This document shows positions 1 to 9,018 of a DNA stretch of 64,000 bases, piece after piece. This DNA is from Bryobacterales bacterium (GTDB taxonomy: Bacteria > Acidobacteriota > Terriglobia > Bryobacterales > UBA6623), in the NCBI GenBank assembly GCA_965248235.1, contig CBDFIU010000001.1, positions 151,313 to 215,312 of the forward strand. Direction: 5' to 3'. Position 1 is the first letter of the stretch, and each line of letters opens with the position of its first letter. The notes under the pieces are model-generated. The model did no database searches. It saw only the letters and a list, made by a program, of their open reading frames with translations, and was not told where the DNA came from. The translations under genes and the position numbers were made by a program.

Positions 1-497
1 GCAATCTGGACGATGCCGTCAAGCTCGCTGAGCGGCACAAGAAGAGCCATTTGGCGAAGGTCGTTGTCGCGGGGTTGCAGGAGTTCAGCGCCCACGAAGC
101 CAGCACGGAAATACCCGGGGAGATGATCGAGTCGTCGCAACGGGCGTTGGAGCGCGCGCACGCGATCGTTAACGCCGAGTTGCAGCGCGGTCTGAGCGGA
201 TTGGCTACGATCGGTTCGACCGCCCCGTTTGTGGGCCTGTTCGGCACCGTGGTCGGCATCATCAACGCGTTCCAGGGCATTTCGACCGAAAAGTCGACCG
301 GTCTGGGCGCTGTGGCGGGCGGCATTTCCGAAGCGCTCGTGGCGACGGCGATCGGTCTGTTCGTCGCCATCCCGGCCGTCTGGATGTACAACTACTTCAA
401 CTCCAAAGTCCAGGGCTTCGGCGTCGAGATGGATAACGCCAGTTCTGAGTTGATCGACTACTTTCTGAAGAGGACCCAAAAGGCCTCGGCCAACTAG
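1..497 (+). CDS. exbB: MotA/TolQ/ExbB-family proton channel, C-terminal part (5' end outside window)
   Basis: The frame is open back to nt 1. The TM core 'GLATIGSTAPFVGLFGTVVGIINAF...GGISEALVATAIGLFVAIPAVWMYNYF' is the family signature. Two ExbD/TolR genes follow directly. Confidence 0.85.
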   Translation, partial: NLDDAVKLAERHKKSHLAKVVVAGLQEFSAHEASTEIPGEMIESSQRALERAHAIVNAELQRGLSGLATIGSTAPFVGLFGTVVGIINAFQGISTEKSTGLGAVAGGISEALVATAIGLFVAIPAVWMYNYFNSKVQGFGVEMDNASSELIDYFLKRTQKASAN

Positions 498-574
498 CTA
501 TTCGCGTATCGAAATCGATTCCCTACGGCGGCGGGCCGGAAATCCCGCCGCCCGACGGGATCAGGAGTGTGGAC

Positions 575-1048
575 ATGGCAAAACGGAAAGAATTCGCCGG
601 CATGGCAAAGAAGCAAAGATTCGCCGGCGGCACGATTTCGGACATCAACGTCACCCCCATGGTGGACGTGATGCTCGTGATGCTGATTATTTTTATGGTC
701 ATCACGCCCATGTTGAGCAAGGGCGTCAGCGTCGACATGGTGCGCACCCGTAATCCAATCTCCATGGACGAGGCGGATAAAGAAGATGCTCTGGTCGTCG
801 CGATCACCCGGGACGGAAAGGTCTTTCTGGGTCGCGGCATAGTCCAGCCCGAGGAGCTGGGTCTGCAAGTCGAGGACGCGGTCAGTAATAAACTCGACAA
901 GACCGTCTACATCAAAGCCGATGCTCGCGCTCGCTATGAGAAGGTCGTCGAAGTGATTAATGTGCTTCGCGCCGTGGGCGTGGACGGCTTGGGTCTGCTG
1001 ACCGAAAAGATTCAGGGCCGCGGCGACTCGCCCGTCGTGACGATGTAG
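575..1048 (+). CDS. exbD: ExbD/TolR biopolymer transport protein
   Basis: 'INVTPMVDVMLVMLIIFMV' single-TM motif and C-terminal 'VYIKADARARYEKVVEVINVLRAVG'. ATG 575 lies 7 nt after AGGAG (563-567). The track start GTG 569 is too close to the RBS. Confidence 0.85.
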   Translation: MAKRKEFAGMAKKQRFAGGTISDINVTPMVDVMLVMLIIFMVITPMLSKGVSVDMVRTRNPISMDEADKEDALVVAITRDGKVFLGRGIVQPEELGLQVEDAVSNKLDKTVYIKADARARYEKVVEVINVLRAVGVDGLGLLTEKIQGRGDSPVVTM

Positions 1049-1097
1049 CAAGGAGCCTACGCTCAACGCACTTGGAATTCATCCGGAGGATATAGCA

Positions 1098-1529
1098 ATG
1101 GCAATGGCAGTTGGAGGAGACGGCGGCGGCGTCATGAATGACATCAACATGACGCCGATGATCGATGTGCTTCTCGTCTTATTGATTATTTTCATGGTGA
1201 TCACGCCGCTTACCCCCAAGGGGCTGGAAGCGCTTGTTCCCCAACCCGATGACGGCGAAGAAGACGCCCCGCCGCCCAGCGACGCCCGCACCGTGGTGGT
1301 CTCGATCGGCGCCGACCGCCGCATCATGATCAACCGCGAGCCGGCTCAAAAAGGCGTGCTTGAGGAGCGGTTGCGGGATATTTTCAAGACCCGAGCGCAG
1401 AGAGTGATGTTCATCCGCGGAGCACCGTCATTGGATTTCCGCGAGGTGGCCGAGGTCATCGACATCGCAAAAGGCGCCGGGGTCGACAAGATTGGTTTGA
1501 TGACGGAGGATCTCGAGGGCGCGTTCTGA
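1098..1529 (+). CDS. exbD: ExbD/TolR biopolymer transport protein (second paralog)
   Basis: 'INMTPMIDVLLVLLIIFMVITP' and 'VMFIRGAPSLDFREVAEVIDIAKGAG'. GGAGG at 1085-1089 lies 8 nt before the ATG. Confidence 0.85.
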   Translation: MAMAVGGDGGGVMNDINMTPMIDVLLVLLIIFMVITPLTPKGLEALVPQPDDGEEDAPPPSDARTVVVSIGADRRIMINREPAQKGVLEERLRDIFKTRAQRVMFIRGAPSLDFREVAEVIDIAKGAGVDKIGLMTEDLEGAF

Positions 1530-1611
1530 CGCCCTTGGGCTTCCCTTTCGCTCCGCGGAACCCGCAAGCCGGGCTTCCGTGACGATCGGGAATGCCGAAG
1601 GAGGTATCGAA

Positions 1612-2478
1612 ATGAACAAGAAAGCAACGATCGCTTGCCTGGTGGCGGCCCTGATGCTCGGCGTGCTCTCGCTGGGCTGTCAAGAGAAGATCAACTATCT
1701 GAAGGCTCGCAGCGAACTGAACCAAGGCGTGAACGCCTTCGGTCGCTCCGATTACGCTTTTGCCGCCATCCACTTCGAAAAAGCGTTTGAGCTCGACCCG
1801 GATCTGCTCACGGCGCAACAGTATCTGGCGACTTCCTACATGATGCAATACATTCCGGGCGGCATGTCGGAGGAGAACATTACGATTGCCGACAAGGCTC
1901 TCGTCGTGTTCAAGGACGTGCTGAGCAAAGACCCCGAGAACGCCTCGGCGCTTGCCTATGTCGCCAGCCTGTATTTCAATATGGAAAAGATGGACGAGGC
2001 GAAAGAGACGTACACCAGGCTGATCGCCGCCGACCCGACCAATAAGCAAGCTCGTTACACCATGGGCGTCATCGCCTGGACCGAGGCCTATCAGCCGCGA
2101 CTCGATGCTCGGGCTACTTACTACATGAAGCAGGAAGACCCGGGTCCTCTTAAACTCTGGTGCGACACCAATCGTCGGCTTTCCCGCAAAGACCGCGCCG
2201 AGTGCAATGCGGTGCGCGAGCAACTGTTGGAAAACGGCCTGCCGATCGTCCAAAGCGGGATGGAGCATCTCGTGAAGGCGATCGAATTGGATGCCGACTA
2301 TGGCGATGCCATGGCTTACCTGAACCTGCTTTATCGCGAGCAGGCCGACCTTGCCGAAACCAAGGAAGAGCACGACGAATATACCGCCAAGGCCGATGAA
2401 TGGGTCGAAAAAACTCTGGCCGCCAAGAAGCGAGTCGCCGAGGCCGGCACGCAGGATCTGTTCCAAGAAGGGGAATAA
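1612..2478 (+). CDS. TPR-repeat lipoprotein
   Basis: ATG 1612 is preceded by GGAGG. Signal peptide plus lipobox 'MNKKATIACLVAALMLGVLSLGC'. TPR-like helical repeats follow ('AIHFEKAFELDPDLLTAQQYLA', 'ALAYVASLYFNMEKMDEAKETYTRLIAADPTN'). Confidence 0.7.
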   Translation: MNKKATIACLVAALMLGVLSLGCQEKINYLKARSELNQGVNAFGRSDYAFAAIHFEKAFELDPDLLTAQQYLATSYMMQYIPGGMSEENITIADKALVVFKDVLSKDPENASALAYVASLYFNMEKMDEAKETYTRLIAADPTNKQARYTMGVIAWTEAYQPRLDARATYYMKQEDPGPLKLWCDTNRRLSRKDRAECNAVREQLLENGLPIVQSGMEHLVKAIELDADYGDAMAYLNLLYREQADLAETKEEHDEYTAKADEWVEKTLAAKKRVAEAGTQDLFQEGE

Positions 2479-2500
2479 TTCCCCCAAGTTTCTATAATGA

Positions 2501-2535
2501 CCCTGAGGGCGTAAGTCCTCGGGGTCTTTCTTTTT
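2501..2535 (+). terminator. Rho-independent terminator after the TPR gene
   Basis: Stem ccctgagg (2501-2508) / cctcgggg (2517-2524), 8 bp with one G-U, 8-nt loop, then T-rich tract tctttcttttt (2525-2535). Confidence 0.6.
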
Positions 2536-2558
2536 CCCCGAAACATCGGTTTGAGCTG

Positions 2559-4763
2559 ATGGCCACCGACCTTACGACGAGCGGCCCGCCGGCGGCATTG
2601 CACGGCATCGAACTCCGCTTCCGTGAGCTGCTGGATAAGCTCGCCGATCTCCGCCCCCACGACGACGTCTCGCTAGTACAAAAAGCGTTTGACTTCGCGG
2701 TCGAGCGCCACGGGACCCAACTCCGTAAGTCCGGCGAACCCTATATGAGTCATCCCGTCGAGGTGGCTCATCTGTTGGCCGATATGCGCCTCGATCCGGT
2801 TTGCATCGTGACCGGCTTGCTCCATGATCTGGTGGAAGACACCAGCGTCGGCATCGCGATGATTCGCCGTCGCTTCGGCCCCGAAGTAGCTCGCTGCGTG
2901 CAAGGCGTCACGAAGCTGAGCAAACTCGACTACTACTCGGCCGAAGAGCGGCAGGCGGAGAGCTTCCGGAAGATGCTGCTGGCGATGGTCGAGGACATTC
3001 GCGTCATTCTCGTCAAGCTCGCCGACCGTTTGCATAATATGCGAACTCTCCAATATCTGGAGCCCGAAAGGCAACGGAGCATTGCCCGCGAGACGCTCGA
3101 AATCTATGCCCCCGTCGCCTTGCGCTTGGGGATGGGGAAAATGCGCGGCGAACTCGAGGATCTGTCCTTGTCCTATCTCGAACCCCACGCCTATGAGGAG
3201 ATTACGACTCTGATCGATCAGGATCGCGGCGTCAACGAAACTTTTCTGGCGCGGACCAAGCAAGTGCTGGCCGCGGCGCTTGAGGCGGCCGGCGTGCCCG
3301 CTGTCCTCGATGGCCGCGTCAAACGGCCTTATTCGATCTATCGCAAGCTGCAGGAGCAGCAAATCACACTCGACCAGGTCTATGATCTGTTGGCCTTGCG
3401 CGTGATTACCGATTCGGAACGGAATTGTTATGCCGCCCTTGGCGTGATTCACGGCTTATGGCGTCCGGTCCCGGGGCGCATCAAGGACTTTATCGCCACC
3501 CCGCGTCCCAACCTCTACCAGTCGCTGCATACCTCCGTCATTGACGACAACGGCCGCGCGTTCGAAGTACAAATTCGGACCGAAGAGATGCATCACATGG
3601 CCGACCAGGGCATTTGCGCTCACTGGAAATACAAGGAAGGGCGGCACGGTGCCGACGGCGAAGATAGCCGCATGGCGTGGTTGCGTCAACTCGTCGAGTG
3701 GCAGCGGGACATGAAAGATCCGAGCGACTTTCTCTCAACGCTCAAGATCGATCTCTATCCCGAGGAAGTCTACGTTTTTACCCCGCAAGGGAAATTGCTC
3801 GTCCTTCCCCGCGCTGCTACTCCCGTTGATTTCGCCTACTCGATTCACACGGAAGTCGGTCACCGATGTGTCGGCGCCAAAGTGAACGGCCGCATCGTTC
3901 CGCTCACCTACCACCTGCGCAACGGTGATATCGTCGAGATCCTCACGCAGACGAACCATACGCCGAGCCGCGATTGGCTTGCAAGCGTCAAAACCTCCCG
4001 CGCCCGCAACAAGATCAAGCATTGGTTGAACACGAGGCAACGCGAGAAGGCGGAGCAAATCGGCCTCAAGCTGCTCGACAAAGAAGCTCGCCGCCTGAAG
4101 GTCTCACTGCGTAAGGTCGACGAGAAAGCCCTGGCCGAAATCTGCAAGGAGTACGGTTGCACCCACCCGAACGATCTTTACGCGGCTCTTGGATACGGAA
4201 AGTATTCCGCGCGGCACATCGTTACGAAGCTGTTTCCACAGCCCGAAGAGCCGATTTCCGAAGCCCCTCCCGCGCCCCCAGAGAAGCAGTCCCCGCCGGC
4301 GCCCGAGGAGGGTCTGCTCACCGTCAAGGGGATCGACGACATTCTTGTCTATCGCGCGCGCTGCTGTAACCCGATCAAGGGCGAACCGATCATCGGGTAC
4401 GTCACGCGCGGCAAGGGCGTTGCCGTTCATGCGGCGACCTGCTCGAATGTCCAAAACTTGATGTACGAAGCCGAGCGGCGTCTTGAAGTCGAATGGTCCC
4501 GCGGTCCCGACATCGCCTACCGCACCCACTTGCTGATTCACGTTCGGGATCGTCCCGGCATCCTGGCCGAATTAAGCGCCGTCGTCTCGAACGAAAAAGT
4601 CAATATTTCCAGTGTCGAGAGCCAGCCGCGCAAGGAAAAGAGCGGTCTCGCCGCAGTGGAAATGTTCCTCGAGATTCACAACGTCGAGCAGCTGGATCGC
4701 GTCATCGCCGGGATGAAGGGCATTCCCGGCGTTCGTGATGTGCGCCGCAGTCGACGCAAGTAG
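2559..4763 (+). CDS. rel: Bifunctional (p)ppGpp synthetase/hydrolase, RelA/SpoT family
   Basis: HD hydrolase motif 'HPVEVAHLLADMRLDPVCIVTGLLHDLVEDT', synthetase 'YRPVPGRIKDFIATPRPNLYQSLHT', TGS 'VYVFTPQGKLLVLPRAATPVDFAYSIHTEVG' and a C-terminal ACT-like domain. Start trimmed to ATG 2559 ('MATDL'), downstream of the terminator. Confidence 0.9.
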   Translation: MATDLTTSGPPAALHGIELRFRELLDKLADLRPHDDVSLVQKAFDFAVERHGTQLRKSGEPYMSHPVEVAHLLADMRLDPVCIVTGLLHDLVEDTSVGIAMIRRRFGPEVARCVQGVTKLSKLDYYSAEERQAESFRKMLLAMVEDIRVILVKLADRLHNMRTLQYLEPERQRSIARETLEIYAPVALRLGMGKMRGELEDLSLSYLEPHAYEEITTLIDQDRGVNETFLARTKQVLAAALEAAGVPAVLDGRVKRPYSIYRKLQEQQITLDQVYDLLALRVITDSERNCYAALGVIHGLWRPVPGRIKDFIATPRPNLYQSLHTSVIDDNGRAFEVQIRTEEMHHMADQGICAHWKYKEGRHGADGEDSRMAWLRQLVEWQRDMKDPSDFLSTLKIDLYPEEVYVFTPQGKLLVLPRAATPVDFAYSIHTEVGHRCVGAKVNGRIVPLTYHLRNGDIVEILTQTNHTPSRDWLASVKTSRARNKIKHWLNTRQREKAEQIGLKLLDKEARRLKVSLRKVDEKALAEICKEYGCTHPNDLYAALGYGKYSARHIVTKLFPQPEEPISEAPPAPPEKQSPPAPEEGLLTVKGIDDILVYRARCCNPIKGEPIIGYVTRGKGVAVHAATCSNVQNLMYEAERRLEVEWSRGPDIAYRTHLLIHVRDRPGILAELSAVVSNEKVNISSVESQPRKEKSGLAAVEMFLEIHNVEQLDRVIAGMKGIPGVRDVRRSRRK

Positions 4764-4767
4764 TCGT

Positions 4768-5551
4768 TCAAACGCCCGCCGCGCTTGCGTTGGAGCGGGC
4801 CGTCTCCAGAACGCGTTGCACGGCGTCGATCAATTCGTCGCGGCGATACGGCTTGGCTCTTCACCGCCCCCTCTCCTTCCCGCACCAGCCTTTCGACGTC
4901 GTCGGCGTGAACGATATTACGCCAGAACTCCTCTTCCAGCCATTTCTCCTTCGGATAGCCAAGCCGTTGCGCGATTTGGGGTCCAATGTAGAGCAGGCGG
5001 TCGTTTACCAGATCATACTCCCAAGGAACGACGTTGGCGGTTTCCACTAAGTTCCGAAACCGTTCTTCGCTCTCTTGAAGGCTCTTTCTTGTCGCATGCT
5101 GTTCGATGGCGAGCCCGGCCAAGGAAACCGACTCCTTCGCAATGGCTGATTCTCGCCCGACCGGCTCGCGGGGTTCTCCAAACAAGACGGCTAACGCTCC
5201 GATGGGCTTCCCGCCGCTGGAAAGAATCGGGTCAATCCAACCACTACGGATATTGAAGCGAAACGCGGCATCGCCCGCCCGGCTCCCGCCCGTAGCTCCC
5301 CACCCTCGGGCGTCGTCCGCCTCCCGATCGAAACTCGGCCCGGCGCGATGCCGTCGCGCGCATCGGGGTCGTCGAAGAGTTGCGGCAAGAAACGTTCCGC
5401 GTCGCCGACGAACTCGTCAGGCATGCTCGGCGCCGCTTCCAGGCACAATCGACCATTGGCTTGCCTACCGAGAATCAGACATCGCGAATCCGGGATTCGA
5501 CGTTCAACGACAAAGGCCAGGCCGTCCAGAATTTCTTTCAGATCCGCCCCT
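4768..5551 (-). pseudogene. GAF-PAS sensor gene fragment (distal part of an IS-split gene; frameshifted and internally deleted)
   Basis: Read on the minus strand. GAF-like 'ADLKEILDGLAFVVERRIPDSRCLILG...' (5583 frame) switches frame to 'FRFNIRSGWIDPILSSGGKPIGALAVLFGEPREP'. Then PAS 'SEERFRNLVETANVVPWEYDLVNDRLLYIGPQIAQRLGYPKEKW'. A third frame ends in a receiver-like tail 'KPYRRDELIDAVQRVLETARS' (stop 4768-4770). No kinase core lies between. Confidence 0.6.
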
Positions 5552-5575
5552 GATGGGTATTTACTTGACTCAGGT
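5552..5575 (+). repeat. IS left terminal inverted repeat
   Basis: 24/24 match to the reverse complement of 6563-6586. Confidence 0.9.
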
Positions 5576-5600
5576 GACCACAAGATGTAGGATCGGGGAA

Positions 5601-6547
5601 ATGGAAGATTATCCTCGGAATCTGGCCGAGTTCGAGGCGCGTTTCGCCACCGAGCAGGCCTGTCGAGAGTATCTGTGTCAACTCCGCTGGCCGGAGGGTT
5701 TTCGTTGTCCGCGATGCGGGCACGACAAAGCGTGGGCGGTGCGGACAGCGCTGCTGGAGTGCGCCGGCTGCGGGATCAAGCTTCTCCAACGGCGGGCACA
5801 ATATTTCAAGACACCCGCCAACCCCTCCAGAGTTGGTTTCGAGCCATGTGGTGGCTCACGAGCCAGAAGAACGGGGCGAGCGCGCTGGGCTTGCAGCGGG
5901 TGTTGGGCCTGGGCAGCTACAAAACGGCCTGGACTTGGTTGCATAAGCTCCGGCGCGCCATGGTGCGGCCCGGACGCGATCGGCTCAGCGGGCGCGTGGA
6001 GGTTGACGAGACTTACTTAGGAGGCTTGGAGGAGGGCGTGCGCGGTCGCCAAACCGACGCTAAGGCGCTGATTGTAGTAGCGGCCGAGGAAGATGGTGCC
6101 GGCATCGGGCGGGTTCGGATACGCACCATTCCCAACGCCTCCGGGGACAGCTTGATGGCCTTCGTCGGCGAGTCGATCGGACCCGGCAGCGTGGTCCATA
6201 CCGACGGTTGGCTGGGATACGAACCGCTCGAAGGCGACGGCTATCGCCACGAGGTAAGCTACCTGGAGGGGCAACCGGCGCGCGCCTCGAAACTGCTCCC
6301 CCGGGTGCACCGCGTGGTGTCGTTAGTGAAGCGCTGGATACTGGGCACGCATCAAGGAGCGGTCAGTCACGAGCATCTCGACTCCTACCTCGACGAATTC
6401 GCCTTCCGCTTCAACCGCCGCAAGTCCAGAAGTCGAGGCAAGCTCTTTTACCGCCTGGTTCAACAGGCCGTCGCCGTGCCACCGGCACCCTACAAATCGC
6501 TGGTCGGAGGCACCGCGACACGCGCTACGGACGACCACAACATGTAG
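5601..6547 (+). CDS. IS1595-family DDE transposase, interrupted by a 1-nt frameshift near 5770-5776
   Basis: Frame 0: 'MEDYPRNLAEFEARFATEQACREYLCQLRWPEGFRCPRCGHDKAWAVRTALLECAGCG' (zinc ribbon). Continues in the -1 frame: 'QASPTAGTIFQDTRQPLQSWFRAMWWLTSQKNGASALGLQRVLG...VEVDETYLGG...VHTDGWLGY...YLDEFAFRFNRR'. One extra G in tgcGGGatc would join them as 'CGDQASPTAGTIF'. Confidence 0.8.
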
Positions 6548-6562
6548 GGGCTATTTCCCAAT

Positions 6563-6586
6563 ACCTGAGTCAAGTAAATACCCATC
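6563..6586 (-). repeat. IS right terminal inverted repeat
   Basis: 24/24 match to the reverse complement of 5552-5575. Confidence 0.9.
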
Positions 6587-7121
6587 CCGCCCCTAATGCC
6601 CATTTTTCGAGGATCCGATTGTAGCCCGCCAATATGTCCTCGGCCCGTTTGCGCTCGATGATTTCCGCCCCTAACGAGGCGTCGCCGCCTCGCGGTGGGC
6701 GCATCTCTCCTTCGATGGGTTTCTTGGACCCGCCTCGCGCATCCGTCTCGCGGAAGCCCGTCGGTTCGCTTGCGGCCGATTCGACCTGCCGGCCTTGCAC
6801 CGCGGACTCTACCTCCGCCACTTTCTTTGTCTGCCGACGCAGTTCCCCCCTTGTTTTCCTGAGCACCTCTTCGTTCCGCTGCGTTTGCGCGCACAGGTGA
6901 TGGATCGCTCCTAAGCACACAAACACAAAGGCCACGAGCAAGAAGTGCCGTTCATCCAAGGCCTCCGGCGTCTCAAAGGCGAGTAAGGGCGCGGCGACAC
7001 CGGCCGCCGACATCGCGACCAGTGTCGCGAGAAATCGACCGCGATAGCGATAGTAGACGAAAGAAGTCCAAATCAACGCGACAACGCGAGGAAGGAAAAC
7101 GAGCAGGAAGGTCGTCGCCAT
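6587..7121 (-). pseudogene. N-terminal fragment (TM segments plus coiled coil) of the IS-split GAF-PAS sensor gene
   Basis: 'MATTFLLVFLPRVVALIWTSFVYY...' membrane segments, then '...EIIERKRAEDILAGYNRILEKWALGA' runs into the IS end. Removing the IS and one TSD copy joins it in frame to 'DLKEILDGLAFVV'. Confidence 0.7.
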
Positions 7122-7264
7122 ATACCCATGGGAAGCCCGTCGGAAGATTCAGCGGCTGGAGTGCTGGTACAACCGTCCAGGTCAGACCTCCGGTTGGGAC
7201 GGATGGCGGGTTCAACGTGAGCGAGAATTGAGCAGCCGGAAACTCGCTTTGGATTATAGCAGAA

Positions 7265-8947
7265 TTATGTTCTATCTATATTTCTATTTGCCGCTGACAT
7301 TCGCCGCAATTGTTTGAGGCTTTTCATGACGTCGTTGACGCCGCGCCCGAAATAGTCGTGAAGCGCGACATACTCGGCGAACAGCTTGTCGTAGACGGCT
7401 CCGGCCTCCGGGTCGGGCCGGTAGCGGGTTTCTTGCAACCCGGCCATGGCGCCGATTGCCGCCGGAAAGTCGGCGTAGCAGCCTGCCGCCACCGCGCCGT
7501 GAATGGCCGCCCCAAGGCCGGAGGCCTGAAACGAGCGCGGCAGCAAAATCTCGCGGCCCGTCACGTCGGCGAAAACTTGCATCACGAACGGGCTTTTTTC
7601 GGCCAACCCGCCGCAAGCCACGATATCGCGAATCGGGACCCCCTGCTGCTCAAACGTTTCGATCACCTGCCGCGTCCCGAAAGCTGTTGACTCCACCAGC
7701 GCGCGGTAGATTTCCTCGGGACGCGTCGCCAACGTCATCCCGACGAGCAACCCGCTCAGTTCGGCGTCCATCAGAACCGAGCGGCTGCCGTTCCACCAAT
7801 CGAGCGCCAGCAGGCCGCTTTCCCCCGGCCGCGAATCGGCAGCCCTTTGGGTGAGCAGATCCTCGGGCGAGATGCCGTCGGCTTCCGCCTGCTTCTCGAT
7901 CTCGGCGGTCAAGCCGTTCTCGAAAAACCAGCCATAGATGTCTCCCACGGCGGCCTGCCCGGCTTCGTAGCCCCAAAAGCCGGGCAGGATGCCGTCCTCC
8001 ACCAGCCCGCCGCAGCCTTCGACGATCTGTTTGCGGTCGCCGAGCAGCATGTGGCACAGCGAGGTTCCCATGATCATGGCCAGCCGCCCGCTTTGCGCGA
8101 GACTGCAAGCCGGGGCGGCGGAGTGGGCGTCGATGACCGAGGCGGCAACGGGCGTGCCGGGCGTCAGGCCGGTCAATTCGGCCATTTCCGCAGTTAGCTC
8201 CCCGGCCCTTCCTCCCACGGGGATGAGGGGACCTTCGACTTTCTCGGCGATGACGTTTTCGAGCCCGGGGTGGAGGGCTTTGAAAAAGTCCGCCGACGGC
8301 CGGCCCTTGCCCTTGATCCACATGCCCTTGTAACCGGCCGCGCATTCCGAGCGGCTTTCGCGTCCCACGAGCCGTCCCACGAGCCAATCGCCGGCTTCGA
8401 GAAAGCGGTCGGCGGCGGCGTACACTTCCGGGCCTTCTTCGAGAGTTTCGAGGATTTTCGAGAAAAACCACTCCGAGGAGTAGCCGCCCCCGTAGAGTTC
8501 CATGAACTCCTCGCCGCGTTCGGCGGCGACCTCGTTGATGCGGTCAGCCTGCGGTTGCGCGGCGTGGTGCTTCCACAATTTGACCCAGGCGTGAGGGTTG
8601 CCCTCGAACTCGGGCAGCGAGCGTAACGGCGTTCCGTCGGCTTTCGACGGCAGGACTGTGGACGAGGTGAAATCGACGCCGACGCCGGCTACCGCGCCTC
8701 CCTCGACTCCGGCCGAGCGCAGAACCGTCGGCACGCCTTCGCTCAGCACGGTCAAGTAGTCGAGCGGATCTTGTAGGGCGAAGTCGGGACCGAGCGCGCC
8801 GCCGCCGGGCAGTTCCCGGTCGAGCACGCCGTTCGAGTAAGGAACTACATGCCAGGCCGTCTCCTCGCCGTTCGAGGCGTCGACCAACATCACGCGGCCC
8901 GACTCGGTGCCATAGTCAATTCCCAAGACGTAATTTGCTTCGGACAT
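7265..8947 (-). CDS. araB: L-ribulokinase (FGGY carbohydrate kinase family)
   Basis: 560 aa. N-terminal 'YVLGIDYGTESGRVMLVD', C-terminal FGGY domain 'IVACGGLAEKSPFVMQVFADVTGREI'. Length and layout are typical of AraB. Confidence 0.8.
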   Translation of the reverse strand: MSEANYVLGIDYGTESGRVMLVDASNGEETAWHVVPYSNGVLDRELPGGGALGPDFALQDPLDYLTVLSEGVPTVLRSAGVEGGAVAGVGVDFTSSTVLPSKADGTPLRSLPEFEGNPHAWVKLWKHHAAQPQADRINEVAAERGEEFMELYGGGYSSEWFFSKILETLEEGPEVYAAADRFLEAGDWLVGRLVGRESRSECAAGYKGMWIKGKGRPSADFFKALHPGLENVIAEKVEGPLIPVGGRAGELTAEMAELTGLTPGTPVAASVIDAHSAAPACSLAQSGRLAMIMGTSLCHMLLGDRKQIVEGCGGLVEDGILPGFWGYEAGQAAVGDIYGWFFENGLTAEIEKQAEADGISPEDLLTQRAADSRPGESGLLALDWWNGSRSVLMDAELSGLLVGMTLATRPEEIYRALVESTAFGTRQVIETFEQQGVPIRDIVACGGLAEKSPFVMQVFADVTGREILLPRSFQASGLGAAIHGAVAAGCYADFPAAIGAMAGLQETRYRPDPEAGAVYDKLFAEYVALHDYFGRGVNDVMKSLKQLRRMSAANRNIDRT

Positions 8948-9018
8948 AGAAGCGCAAGATAGACGAAATGCGCGGGAAAGTCAAAGGTCGAGCGGAAGGG
9001 CGCTCGCTGAAAACTTGG

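Larger units (their letters stand above)
5552..6586 (+). mobile_element. IS1595-family insertion sequence (1035 bp)
   Basis: Perfect 24-bp terminal inverted repeats gatgggtatttacttgactcaggt (5552-5575; reverse complement at 6563-6586). They are flanked by the 8-bp direct repeat ccgcccct (5544-5551 and 6587-6594). A single transposase gene carries an N-terminal zinc ribbon plus a DDE (ISXO2-like) domain. Confidence 0.85.

Noticed and set aside
2493-2498. Perfect TATAAT box between the TPR gene stop and rel.
   Set aside because: There is no acceptable -35 element 17 nt upstream. It lies immediately before a terminator hairpin, so it would fire into the terminator.
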